Assembly: GCA_964474445.1 (NCBI GenBank)
Contig: CAYYSJ010000001.1
Coordinates: forward strand, 142,530 to 206,529
DNA length: 64,000 nt
From: an uncultured Gammaproteobacteria bacterium
GTDB lineage: Bacteria; Patescibacteriota; Microgenomatia; Levybacterales; UBA12049
Direction: 5' to 3'
A model generated the notes under the pieces. The model saw only the letters and a program-made list of their open reading frames with translations. It was not told where the DNA came from and made no database searches. This document shows, in pieces, positions 48,917 to 58,383 of this stretch. Both the position numbers and the translations under genes were made by a program. Position 1 is the first letter of the stretch. The number at the start of each line of letters is the position of its first letter.

Positions 48917-50179
48917 ATGGCAAAAATAAAGCAAATTATTGCACGAGAGGTGCTTAATTCCAAAGGGATTCCAACGATTGAGACAACTATTGTGCTGCAA
49001 AACGGTATAACTGCTATTGCCTCTGTTCCATCCGGTATATCCATTGGAACGTATGAGGCTGTGGAAATACGAGATAAAGACCCGCAACGTTTTAGAGGAC
49101 TGGGGGTACTTAAGGCAATTGGAACTATCAATGAACTCATTGGTCCCAAACTTGTAGGGATGGAAGCTACCAAGCAACAGGAAATTGATAAAGCAATGAT
49201 TGAAATGGATGGTACGCAAAATAAATCGAGGCTTGGTGCAAATACAATTCTTTCCGTATCCATTGCTGTTGCGAAAGCTGCTGCTCTCAGTAATGTCATG
49301 CCACTCTTTTTATATCTCCGTCAATTTTTAACAACGAAAACTACTTCTCTTCTCCTTCCCACACCACTGATTAATATGATCGAAGGGGGAAAACACATCT
49401 CAGGAACACTTGATTTTGAAGAATTTTTTATTCTTCCTGCTACGTCAAAAACATATTCTGAAAACTTACAAATAGGAACAACAATCTATACAGCTCTTTC
49501 TGATATGCTCCGGACGAATGGATTATCCATTTTAACAGGAGATATGGGTGCTTTTAGCCCCCAAGTGAGATCAAACTATGATGCACTGTCTCTTCTTTCT
49601 CAAGCAGTTGAAACAACGAACTATAGAATGGGATTTGACGTCTTTTTGGGAGTGAATGCGGCTGCAAACTTATTTTATGCAAACCAACAGTATAGGATTC
49701 ATGACAAGCAAATGAATCTTTCCAGTAAAAATTTTATCGAGTATTATGCAGAACTCGTAAAACAGTTTCGAGTTTTGTATCTTGAAGATATTTTGGCAGA
49801 AGATGATTGGGATGGATGGCAACAAGCAGTCAGTGTATTAGGACCCTCAGCAATGGTTGTTGGGGATGATCTCACCGCAACAAATCCATACCGCTTGCAA
49901 ATGGCACTTGAGAAAAAAGCAATTACCGCTATTGTGATAAAACCAAATCAAATAGGAACAGTCATTGAATCCCTTGCTGTTGCAGAAGTAGCACGTGCGT
50001 CAGGATTAAAAATTGTTGTTTCTCACCGAGGACAGGAGACAAATGATACGTTTATCGCTGATTTTGCAGTAGGGGTTGGAGCAGAATACTGTAAATTGGG
50101 TGCACCGGTACGGGGAGAACGAGTTGTGAAATATAACAGACTTTTGCAAATCGAACAGCAACTAAAGGCATTAAAGTAA
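48917..50179 (+). CDS. Enolase paralog, probably catalytically impaired
   Basis: Full-length enolase fold, but GDEGG is GDMGA, LDVA is VNAA, SHRSG is SHRGQ. Confidence 0.85.
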   Translation: MAKIKQIIAREVLNSKGIPTIETTIVLQNGITAIASVPSGISIGTYEAVEIRDKDPQRFRGLGVLKAIGTINELIGPKLVGMEATKQQEIDKAMIEMDGTQNKSRLGANTILSVSIAVAKAAALSNVMPLFLYLRQFLTTKTTSLLLPTPLINMIEGGKHISGTLDFEEFFILPATSKTYSENLQIGTTIYTALSDMLRTNGLSILTGDMGAFSPQVRSNYDALSLLSQAVETTNYRMGFDVFLGVNAAANLFYANQQYRIHDKQMNLSSKNFIEYYAELVKQFRVLYLEDILAEDDWDGWQQAVSVLGPSAMVVGDDLTATNPYRLQMALEKKAITAIVIKPNQIGTVIESLAVAEVARASGLKIVVSHRGQETNDTFIADFAVGVGAEYCKLGAPVRGERVVKYNRLLQIEQQLKALK

Positions 50180-50210
50180 CGATGAGGGAATGCTTTTTGG
50201 ACAAAACACA

Positions 50211-50927
50211 TTACCTTCCTGTTTGGAGTAGCACAACAAATTCTCCTTTTGGAGAGTGTTTTGTGAAATGATCTTTTGCTTTTTCCAACGTGGTATGTAG
50301 TACTTCCTCGTATACTTTTGTTAATTCCCGTGCGAAAACAACTTCTTTCTCTTTACCAAAGACTTCAGTCATTTCATCAATTGTTCCAACAATTCGATGT
50401 GGTGCTTCAAAAAAAATAAGTGTTGTTTTCACGGTCTCACCTATTTGTACTAGTGATTTCCAAAATGCTTGTCTATGTCCTTCTTTTTTCGGAGGGTATC
50501 CAAGAAAGAAAAATTTATCGGTTGGTAAACCGCTCACAACAAGTGCTGTAATGACGCTTGATGGTCCTGGAAACGATTCTACCTTTATTCCCTGAGCGAT
50601 ACACTCCCTCACTAATTTAAACCCTGGATCAGAAATGCCAGGGGTACCTGCATCTGAAACCAACACGACATCTGTTCCTGTCTTGAGAATTTCAATAATC
50701 TCTGGTGTTTTTTGTGTTTCTACTTGATCGTAATATGACAACAGACGAGGTTTTATCGCTTCCTGATATCCGCTAAACAGTTTGGCAATTTCTTTAAGCA
50801 ATATTCCGGTACGCCTTGTATCTTCACAGGCAATGACTTGTGCAGTTAGCAACGTCCGAGCAGCCCGAAGACTAATGTCTTGCAAGTTACCTATTGGAGT
50901 TGCTACAATCAGTAAAGTTCCGAACAT
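50211..50927 (-). CDS. rsmI: 16S rRNA (C1402-2'-O)-methyltransferase
   Basis: VATPIGNLQDISLRA, EDTR, VSDAGTPGISDPG, RELTK. Confidence 0.95.
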   Translation of the reverse strand: MFGTLLIVATPIGNLQDISLRAARTLLTAQVIACEDTRRTGILLKEIAKLFSGYQEAIKPRLLSYYDQVETQKTPEIIEILKTGTDVVLVSDAGTPGISDPGFKLVRECIAQGIKVESFPGPSSVITALVVSGLPTDKFFFLGYPPKKEGHRQAFWKSLVQIGETVKTTLIFFEAPHRIVGTIDEMTEVFGKEKEVVFARELTKVYEEVLHTTLEKAKDHFTKHSPKGEFVVLLQTGR

Positions 50928-51557
50928 ATGGTAGCTCAATTATCAGCATATATTATACATCTTATCTCCCAAGCAGGCTACCTTGCTGTTTTTATCTTGA
51001 TGACGCTTGAATCAGCCCTTCTTCCTATTCCATCAGAAGTAACAATGCCATTTGCGGGATTTTTAGCACAAGGAGGACAGCTGAATTTCTGGCTTGTTGT
51101 CTTCTTGGGAGCAGTAGGAAATCTAGCAGGTTCACTTATTGCCTACGCAGTAGGGTTCTACCTTGAAGAAAGCCTCATTCTATCACTTATCAAACGATAC
51201 GGAAAATTTATTTTAGTGACGGAACATGAGTATCTGCGAGCAGTCAAATGGTTTGGAAAATATGGCAGCCCAATTGCCTTTTTCAGTAGACTATTACCTG
51301 TAGTCAGGACATTTATTTCTCTTCCTGCAGGACTTTCTGAAATGAATGTATGGAAATTTTCCTTTTATACATTTGCAGGTTCTTTCATTTGGTCAGCATT
51401 TTTAACTGGCATTGGATTTTATTTAGGAACAAAATGGAATTCCCTTGAACCATACTTTAAAAAGTTTCAGTATGCTATTTTGGCACTCATTATTGTTGGT
51501 ATCCTTTGGTATGTGAATCACAAGCTAAAGCTTATAAAATTTGGCAAGAAATCTTAA
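50928..51557 (+). CDS. dedA: DedA family membrane protein
   Basis: LES..LPIPSE...PFAG, RLLPVVRTFISLPAG. Confidence 0.93.
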   Translation: MVAQLSAYIIHLISQAGYLAVFILMTLESALLPIPSEVTMPFAGFLAQGGQLNFWLVVFLGAVGNLAGSLIAYAVGFYLEESLILSLIKRYGKFILVTEHEYLRAVKWFGKYGSPIAFFSRLLPVVRTFISLPAGLSEMNVWKFSFYTFAGSFIWSAFLTGIGFYLGTKWNSLEPYFKKFQYAILALIIVGILWYVNHKLKLIKFGKKS

Positions 51558-51631
51558 TCAACTCACTCTTCTGTTATCCTCAAAGTAAAGTCTTACCACT
51601 TCTTTTGTTTATCTTTGCTACGCTTTTTGTA

Positions 51632-51835
51632 ATGAAACGACCTGAGCTAGAAAGAAGAGAACGATTGCTTGACCGATTAACAAAACAGTATGCAGAACTT
51701 TCTCGGCAAGTGCATGAAGGAAATAGAACACCCTCTACAGTGAATTCTCTTCGCAGAACTGGACGAATCATGAATAATCTTGGATTTGGACACATGATTT
51801 CTGAAATAGCTGAAGGAGTAACAAATAAAAAGTAG
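51632..51835 (+). CDS. Small hypothetical protein (67 aa)
   Basis: ATG 7 nt after TGcTACGCT; charged helical sequence. Confidence 0.45.
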   Translation: MKRPELERRERLLDRLTKQYAELSRQVHEGNRTPSTVNSLRRTGRIMNNLGFGHMISEIAEGVTNKK

Positions 51836-51836
51836 A

Positions 51837-52466
51837 TTAACTGAATCTTCTCACAAGCCCCACGACCCGACCTTGAAGAAGAAGTCTGTTTGGATAGATA
51901 GGTTGCATTGTAGAATTTGCAGGTTTTAGAACAATTCGTCCTGCTTCGTGATAGAATTTTTTCAGTGTTGCTAAATTATCATCAACAAGTGCAACAACAA
52001 TGTCCCCATTGTGAACTTCTTTTTCTTTCTCGATAATCACATAGTCACCGTCTAAAATACCATCTTCAATAAGGGATTCTCCCTTTACCTGCAGTACATA
52101 TGCTGTTTTTTCTCCGGAGAGCATAGAAGCAGAGACTTGGAAGGTTGCATTCGGATCTGTGTGTGGCTCTAAAGGCTTTCCCGCTGCAATATAGCCCATG
52201 AGAGGAAGTTCAATGGATGGCATATTGCCCCGCATCACATTGTTGATTTTCTGGTCAATCACTTTAAGAACTCGCGCGTTTCCTTCTACCTTTTGAATAT
52301 ATCCTTTATCAACAAGGGAGCGAATAAGTGTATGGACTGTAGAATTTGCTTTGTGACCTGTTGCTTTTGCAATTTCAGAAAGGGTCGGAGAGAACCCATA
52401 TTGATTTTGAAATTGCACTAAAAATTCTAAAACTTCTCTTTCTTTTTTATATAAAACTCCTGGCAT
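51837..52466 (-). CDS. lexA: SOS repressor LexA
   Basis: PTLSEIA winged helix, IAAG cleavage site, GES (Ser), TLKK (Lys). Confidence 0.95.
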   Translation of the reverse strand: MPGVLYKKEREVLEFLVQFQNQYGFSPTLSEIAKATGHKANSTVHTLIRSLVDKGYIQKVEGNARVLKVIDQKINNVMRGNMPSIELPLMGYIAAGKPLEPHTDPNATFQVSASMLSGEKTAYVLQVKGESLIEDGILDGDYVIIEKEKEVHNGDIVVALVDDNLATLKKFYHEAGRIVLKPANSTMQPIYPNRLLLQGRVVGLVRRFS

Positions 52467-52531
52467 AGATAAAATGAGACTAGTGTTTGCCCGAAGGTGG
52501 TAGGGTCGGGCAGAACAAATATCTTACTATT

Positions 52532-52563
52532 ATTTTATACGAAGATTCGAGTATTTTTGTCAA
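52532..52563 (-). promoter_or_regulatory. Candidate lexA promoter with a palindrome in its spacer
   Basis: TTGACA-aaaatactCGAAtcTTCG-TATAAAAT on the minus strand. Confidence 0.5.
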
Positions 52564-52675
52564 CAGAACAAAGGAATACAATTACCAACCTAACTAGATC
52601 AATTAAACAAAATTCGAAGAATACATATATCTATGGTAAAATACACCTACCTCTTAAACATTTTCAACAAAGCGT

Positions 52676-54682
52676 ATGAATTTTAAGTTACAATCACAAT
52701 TCAAACCTTCTGGAGATCAACCGCAAGCAATTGCACATCTTACAGAAAGTCTAGAAAAGGAAAGCGACCACCAAGTTCTTCTTGGAGTGACTGGCTCTGG
52801 AAAAACCTATACCATGGCACAGGTTATTCAAAATGTCCAGAAGCCGACACTTATCATTTCTCATAATAAAACACTTGCTGGACAACTCTACCAGGAATTT
52901 CGAGAGTTTTTCCCTGAAAACTCAGTCAACTATTTTGTCTCCTACTATGACTATTACCAACCAGAAGCATATGTTCCAACAACAGACACGTATATCGAAA
53001 AAGAAGCAGAAATAAATGAAGAAATCGATAAGCTTCGACTTTCTGCAACAGCCAATCTTTTGACAAGAAAAGATGTTATTGTTGTTGCTTCTGTAAGCTG
53101 TATCTATAACATTGGTTCTCCTGTTGAATATGGAAAATTTGTATTGGAATTAAAGCCGGGAATGAAAATAGAACAACGGGATATTATGTTGCGCTTGGCA
53201 GACTTACAGTATGAGCGCTATGATTTCGGGATGAAACGCGGTTCATTTCGAGTGAGGGGAGAAAGCATCGATCTTTTCCCTGCATATCAAGATACCGGAC
53301 TTCGCATCGATATGAATAATGGGAAAGTCGCTGCTCTGGTAGAATTTGATCCCCTGACTGGTGATACTCTCCAAACAATTTCTGGGACTGTTGTTTACCC
53401 AGCAAAACATTTTATGACAGACCCAAAAACCTATGACGGCGTCTTTCCCCAAATTAGACAGGAAATGGAAAAAAGAGTTGCAGAGTTAAAAGTTCAAGGG
53501 AAATTAGTCGAAGCACAAAGACTTCAACAAAGAACAAATTATGATTTAGAAATGATTCGAGAAGTAGGATATGTGAATGGTATTGAAAACTACTCTCGGT
53601 ATTTTGACGGACGGAATCCAGGAGATCCACCATATACCCTTCTTGATTACATGAAAGCATGTAGCAATGATTGGCTTTTAGTGGTTGACGAATCACATAT
53701 TACCATGCCGCAAATCCGCGGTATGTACAATGGGGATAGAGCCAGAAAAGAAACTCTTATTGAATACGGTTTTCGACTTCCCTCCGCGCTTGATAACAGA
53801 CCTCTTCGATTCGAAGAATTCATGACACGGGTTAACCAGGCAGTGTATGTGTCTGCAACTCCAGATGAGTATGAATTATCCCTTGCTACGGGCAGTGGAG
53901 GCATTGCAGAACAACTTATTCGACCAACAGGCATTGTCGACCCGGAAATTGTTGTAAAGCCAACAGAGGGGCAAATTAATGACCTTCTAAATGAAATTCA
54001 AAAGCGTGTAGAGAAACACCAAAGAGTCCTGGTAACAACACTTACCAAACGAATGTCTGAAGAACTGTCAGATTATTTAGAGGAAAGAGGAATTAAGGTA
54101 GCCTATATCCACTCAGATATTGAAACACTGAACAGGCAAGATATTTTAGACAACCTGCGTCGTGGTGAATATGACGTCTTAGTTGGCATTAATTTACTTC
54201 GTGAAGGACTTGATTTACCAGAAGTAACACTTGTTGCTATTCTGGACGCTGACAAAGAAGGGTTTTTGCGAAGCCGCACTTCCCTTATTCAGACAATGGG
54301 TCGTGCTGCAAGAAATATAGACTCACAGGTTATTCTCTACGCAGATAGAACAACAAAGTCTATGCAGGCAGCAATTGATGAGGTTGAAAGACGACGAAAA
54401 ATTCAAATTGAATTTAATGAAAAACATGGCATAACACCAACAGCTATTGAAAAGGCCATTCGCGCACGACTTTACGAAGAAGACACTGAGGAGGAAGAAC
54501 ATCCATCTCTCAGACCTTTATCAGATGTCCTCAAACTGGCTGATAAAGAAGTTTTATTACCTGATGAAAAGGAAGCTGTGATAAAAAGACTTCGTAAAGA
54601 AATGACTGCTGCAGCTAAAAATTTGGATTTTGAAACAGCTGCCAGACTGCGGGATAGAATTCGAAGCATCCAAAATGGATAA
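52676..54682 (+). CDS. uvrB: Excinuclease ABC subunit B
   Basis: GVTGSGKT, YYDYYQPEAY, VDESH, DNRPL, C-terminal UVR domain. Confidence 0.98.
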   Translation: MNFKLQSQFKPSGDQPQAIAHLTESLEKESDHQVLLGVTGSGKTYTMAQVIQNVQKPTLIISHNKTLAGQLYQEFREFFPENSVNYFVSYYDYYQPEAYVPTTDTYIEKEAEINEEIDKLRLSATANLLTRKDVIVVASVSCIYNIGSPVEYGKFVLELKPGMKIEQRDIMLRLADLQYERYDFGMKRGSFRVRGESIDLFPAYQDTGLRIDMNNGKVAALVEFDPLTGDTLQTISGTVVYPAKHFMTDPKTYDGVFPQIRQEMEKRVAELKVQGKLVEAQRLQQRTNYDLEMIREVGYVNGIENYSRYFDGRNPGDPPYTLLDYMKACSNDWLLVVDESHITMPQIRGMYNGDRARKETLIEYGFRLPSALDNRPLRFEEFMTRVNQAVYVSATPDEYELSLATGSGGIAEQLIRPTGIVDPEIVVKPTEGQINDLLNEIQKRVEKHQRVLVTTLTKRMSEELSDYLEERGIKVAYIHSDIETLNRQDILDNLRRGEYDVLVGINLLREGLDLPEVTLVAILDADKEGFLRSRTSLIQTMGRAARNIDSQVILYADRTTKSMQAAIDEVERRRKIQIEFNEKHGITPTAIEKAIRARLYEEDTEEEEHPSLRPLSDVLKLADKEVLLPDEKEAVIKRLRKEMTAAAKNLDFETAARLRDRIRSIQNG

Positions 54683-54728
54683 TTATGTATCCAAGACTAG
54701 GGTGAAAACTAAGAATTTACTAGGGGGG

Positions 54729-55022
54729 TTAGTTATTTGTCTTTGTCTTTCGGAGGAATGAAAGATGAGATTTTCTGACTTTTTTAGCTTTAAAATATTT
54801 GCCTTTTACAACTACTTTATCAAGAAGTGGAGACATCATTGGCCATGTTCTTTCAACAGCAATATCTCCTACCATTTTCTGGACTGAGAAAGACCTATTT
54901 TCACCTCGGCCTTTAATATCCAAAACAACGCCTTCAAAAACCTGAATTCTTGTTTTGTCGCCTTCTTGAATTTTCTGGAATACTCGTACAATGTCGCCAG
55001 GAACAAATGTTACATCAATCAT
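54729..55022 (-). CDS. rplS: 50S ribosomal protein L19
   Basis: F.PGD.VRV...I.EG.K.RIQVFEGVV...VER. Confidence 0.93.
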   Translation of the reverse strand: MIDVTFVPGDIVRVFQKIQEGDKTRIQVFEGVVLDIKGRGENRSFSVQKMVGDIAVERTWPMMSPLLDKVVVKGKYFKAKKVRKSHLSFLRKTKTNN

Positions 55023-55089
55023 GAACACAATTATACAATATTCTCTTTCTTTTAACAATTAGTTAGTTTTACTGGATTCGCCTTTATAC

Positions 55090-56763
55090 CTATTTGCCTG
55101 CAGCTTTGATAAAGGCAACAAAAAGGGGATGTGGAGCAAGTGGCCTACTTTTATATTCTGGATGTCCTTGAGTCCCAATATAGAAAGGATGGACTTCTTT
55201 TGGTAACTCAATTATCTCAACAAGATTCTCTACTTTAGAACGTGCTGCAATGACAAGACCTGCTTTCTCCATGTCTTTAGCAAATTCATCATTAAATTCA
55301 TACCTGTGTCTATGTCTCTCTGAAGTAAGTCCTGTTTTTTCATCAATTGGACCACCATATTGTTTATAATACTCAAATGCCTGAGTCCCCTTTTTGACAA
55401 TGGCATCCCAGCTACCAAGCCTCATTGTTCCACCATAGGCACGCCGCTCCATTAATTCTTTCTGTGACGGGATAAGATGAATAACATTGTGTTTCCCTTT
55501 CGGACTATTTTCTTCTGTACTTGCATCTTTCCACCCAAGAACAGACCTTGCAAAAGCAACAACTGCAAGTTGCATACCATAACAAAGTCCCAGATATGGG
55601 ATTTTCTTTTCTCGAGCATAGGTTGCGGCTGCAATCATCCCCTCTGCACCTCTTTCACCCCATCCAATTGGGACTATAATACCATCAGGATTCCCTATCA
55701 CTTTCTCTGCACCTTCTTTTTCAACTTTTTCTGCACTTACCCACCGCGTTGTTACCTCTACGCCATCTTTCCACGCTGCATGATCTATTGCATCAAGCAG
55801 TGCAGCATACGCATCTCTCAGTTGATACTCACCCGTACCAAAGTATTTTCCAACAATAGCAATTTCTGCTTTTTTCTTTTTTGGAGCTTCAATTGACTTT
55901 ACTAAGTCTTTCCACTGTGTAAGATTGGCTTTCTTTACAGGAAGACCTAATTTTTTAAGGATTTTCGTTTCCAAATCTTGTTCGTGAAGTACCATTGGAA
56001 TTTCATAGGCAGAGGAAAGGTCTGGATTGGAAATAATATCTCCCTCGTGCATATTACAAAAAAGTGCAAATCGGTCCCTTCTTCTTTGATCAAGAAACTT
56101 CTCGGATCGTGCAACGATAAAGTCTGGTTGAATTCCCATTGAGTTAAGTGTTCTGACGGAAAGTTGTGTTGGTTTTGTCTTTGGCTCACCTAAGTGTTTT
56201 GGTGTTGGAACGTAGCTCACATGAATGTGAATAACATCTCCAGGGTTATGCCAGGACAAAATTCGTGATGCTTCATAATAGAAAATGTTTTGGTACTCTC
56301 CTGCTGTGCCCCCTAACTCAATCGTTACAACATCTGCTTTATTATCTACTCCTACCTTTTTAATCCTTCGAATAATTTCATCGGTGATATGAGGAATTGC
56401 TTCAACATCTTCTCCGTTATATTCAAATCGTCTCTCTCTTTCAATGACTGTTTGGTAGATTCTTCCCATGGTGACAAAATTTCCTTGTCCCATATCTTGA
56501 TTAAGGAATTTTTCATAACTGCCAATATCCATATCTGCTTCTGTTCCATCTTCACATAAAAAGGGGTCTCCGTGCTCAATAGGATTAATTGTTCCAGCAT
56601 CTAAATTGAGATAGTTTTCTACTTTAATGGGAGCGACTGTATATCCTGCTTGTTTGAGAAGAAGAGCAATAGAGGCGGCTGTTGTCCCCTTACCTATTCC
56701 GGAGATGAGACCACCGGATACAAAAATGTACTTTGTTCGTTTTTTAGAATTTCTAGCGGGCAC
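55090..56763 (-). CDS. pyrG: CTP synthase
   Basis: SGIGKG, EHGD, KTKPTQ, GLCYGMQ, ERHRHRYE, HPE. Confidence 0.97.
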   Translation of the reverse strand: MPARNSKKRTKYIFVSGGLISGIGKGTTAASIALLLKQAGYTVAPIKVENYLNLDAGTINPIEHGDPFLCEDGTEADMDIGSYEKFLNQDMGQGNFVTMGRIYQTVIERERRFEYNGEDVEAIPHITDEIIRRIKKVGVDNKADVVTIELGGTAGEYQNIFYYEASRILSWHNPGDVIHIHVSYVPTPKHLGEPKTKPTQLSVRTLNSMGIQPDFIVARSEKFLDQRRRDRFALFCNMHEGDIISNPDLSSAYEIPMVLHEQDLETKILKKLGLPVKKANLTQWKDLVKSIEAPKKKKAEIAIVGKYFGTGEYQLRDAYAALLDAIDHAAWKDGVEVTTRWVSAEKVEKEGAEKVIGNPDGIIVPIGWGERGAEGMIAAATYAREKKIPYLGLCYGMQLAVVAFARSVLGWKDASTEENSPKGKHNVIHLIPSQKELMERRAYGGTMRLGSWDAIVKKGTQAFEYYKQYGGPIDEKTGLTSERHRHRYEFNDEFAKDMEKAGLVIAARSKVENLVEIIELPKEVHPFYIGTQGHPEYKSRPLAPHPLFVAFIKAAGK

Positions 56764-57114
56764 GATTCATACTAGCACACCATTTTAAAAATCGTCAAGA
56801 AGGTATTAGTGAATTTTTCTATAACAGAAGAGATCAAGATTGGTGCAGATAATTCGACTCCGTTTGAACGTATATCAACTGGATCTCTGATTTCTATTCC
56901 GAATTGCTCGTTCATAATCGATAAGATAAAGTGTTCCTTTGTCTATTATTTCCCGCAATTCAGAATGATCTATTCCATCACTATTGTAGCTTCTCCAGCT
57001 TTTAGTAGATGGAGCTCTTTTTGGGGCTGAATTTGAAAACAAAAATAGAAAGAAAATTCCGAAAAGTTTATTTTGGAAGCTATAAGTTTAAATGTACCCA
57101 ACCATTCGGATGGG

Positions 57115-57186
57115 AGCGGGCGACGAGAGTCGAACTCGCTACATTCTCCTTGGGAAGGAGACATTCTACCGGTGAACTACGCCCGC
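57115..57186 (-). tRNA. tRNA-Gly(CCC)
   Basis: Reverse complement GCGGGCG...TCTCC-TT-CCC-AA-GGAGA...GTTCGAC...CGCCCGCT. Confidence 0.95.
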
Positions 57187-57375
57187 AAAGTAATGAAAGT
57201 ATTGTAATACAAATAGTCTTTACAAACAATTATTTAAAAATCATAACGTTAACCCTTACTTCAGTAGGATAGATAATGTATGACTTACCCAATCATCCTT
57301 GAGTTTCATACAATACAAATCAGATATAATTTTCTGAAAAAAGACCAGGAGAGGTATAAAAACTGGTATAGGTAC

Positions 57376-58041
57376 CTACCGAGGAATTGTGAGAACATTT
57401 CCTGAGAAGATAAGACTTGGATCGGAAAGGTTATTTGCTTTTGCTATATCTACCCATTTATATCCATTTCCATATGCTCTAACAGCAATGTGCCATAAAT
57501 CATCGCCTTTTTCAACAGTATAGGTATTTCCACTGATTGCGTTTGTTTGAGCAACTTGTGTTGGAGTAGGTGTCACTGTCTTTGCTCCTGGAGTGACAGA
57601 GGGGATAACAAGCACGTTACCAACATGAATGGTACTTGGATCGGAAAGGTTATTCGCCTTTGCAATATCAACCCAGTTATACCCTGACTGATAAAACTTC
57701 TCAGCAATATTCCACAAATCATCCCCTTGACGAACTGTATATGTTTTTTGACCTTCATTCAGCTGTGTCGGAGTATTAGTAGGTATTGTTGTAACAGCGG
57801 GAGTTGCCTGAATTGAGGAAGTCTCCTGAATATTTCTATGTTGCCTTATAAGAGTAACACCAAAGAGTACGCCAATAACAACGACAACAAGACCAAGTAA
57901 GAAACTTGTATAGGATTCTCCCCATTTCCATTGAGAGATACCAAATGTTTTTTTTGTTACACCCTCTTCATGAACGGTTGTTTTTTCTGTTCGAACTTTT
58001 CGGGTTCTTCTTGTTGGTTTTTCAATCTTTTTCCGTGGCAT
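57376..58041 (-). CDS. Membrane-anchored protein with two LysM domains
   Basis: TM, then YTV..GDDLW.IA...Y..GY.WVDIAKANNLSDP twice. Confidence 0.92.
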   Translation of the reverse strand: MPRKKIEKPTRRTRKVRTEKTTVHEEGVTKKTFGISQWKWGESYTSFLLGLVVVVIGVLFGVTLIRQHRNIQETSSIQATPAVTTIPTNTPTQLNEGQKTYTVRQGDDLWNIAEKFYQSGYNWVDIAKANNLSDPSTIHVGNVLVIPSVTPGAKTVTPTPTQVAQTNAISGNTYTVEKGDDLWHIAVRAYGNGYKWVDIAKANNLSDPSLIFSGNVLTIPR

Positions 58042-58070
58042 ATAATTATGGGACAGAAGGCAGAGATTTG

Positions 58071-58099
58071 ACTATATACGAAACGAGCACCATTGTCAA
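58071..58099 (-). promoter_or_regulatory. Sigma70-type promoter of the LysM gene
   Basis: TTGACA-17 nt-TATAGT. Confidence 0.6.
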
Positions 58100-58161
58100 A
58101 ATATCAAAGTGAGTCAAAATAGTACTCTTGCAGATTGTATATAGGAAATTTTATAAAATAT

Positions 58162-58238
58162 TGGCGGGATGGACGGGACTCGAACCCGCGACCTCCTCCG
58201 TGACAGGGAGGCGCTCTAACCAACTGAGCTACCACCCC
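58162..58238 (-). tRNA. tRNA-Asp(GTC)
   Basis: Reverse complement GGGGTGG...CCTCC-CT-GTC-AC-GGAGG...GTTCGAG...CCATCCC-GCCA. Confidence 0.96.
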
Positions 58239-58383
58239 AATTACAAATCAAGCAGTAAGAATGCTAGATTCAAGAATTAGGTACTGTCAATTCTAACAAA
58301 TATTTGAACTTCAAGCAATCCTCTGATATGCTATTCATGAACTCGAACATATCAAAAGATCTGTTTCTGAGTGGTTGCAACTC

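Noticed and set aside
56800-57030. Possible kinase pseudogene (HSELREIIDKGTLYLIDYERA, minus strand) downstream of tRNA-Gly
   Set aside because: Only a loose likeness to HxDxxxxN...IDxE, with the catalytic Asp and Asn absent; unsupported without a blastx hit.
57400-57745. Direct repeat (ttggatcggaaaggttatt twice)
   Set aside because: Explained by the duplicated LysM domain; not a CRISPR repeat or att site.
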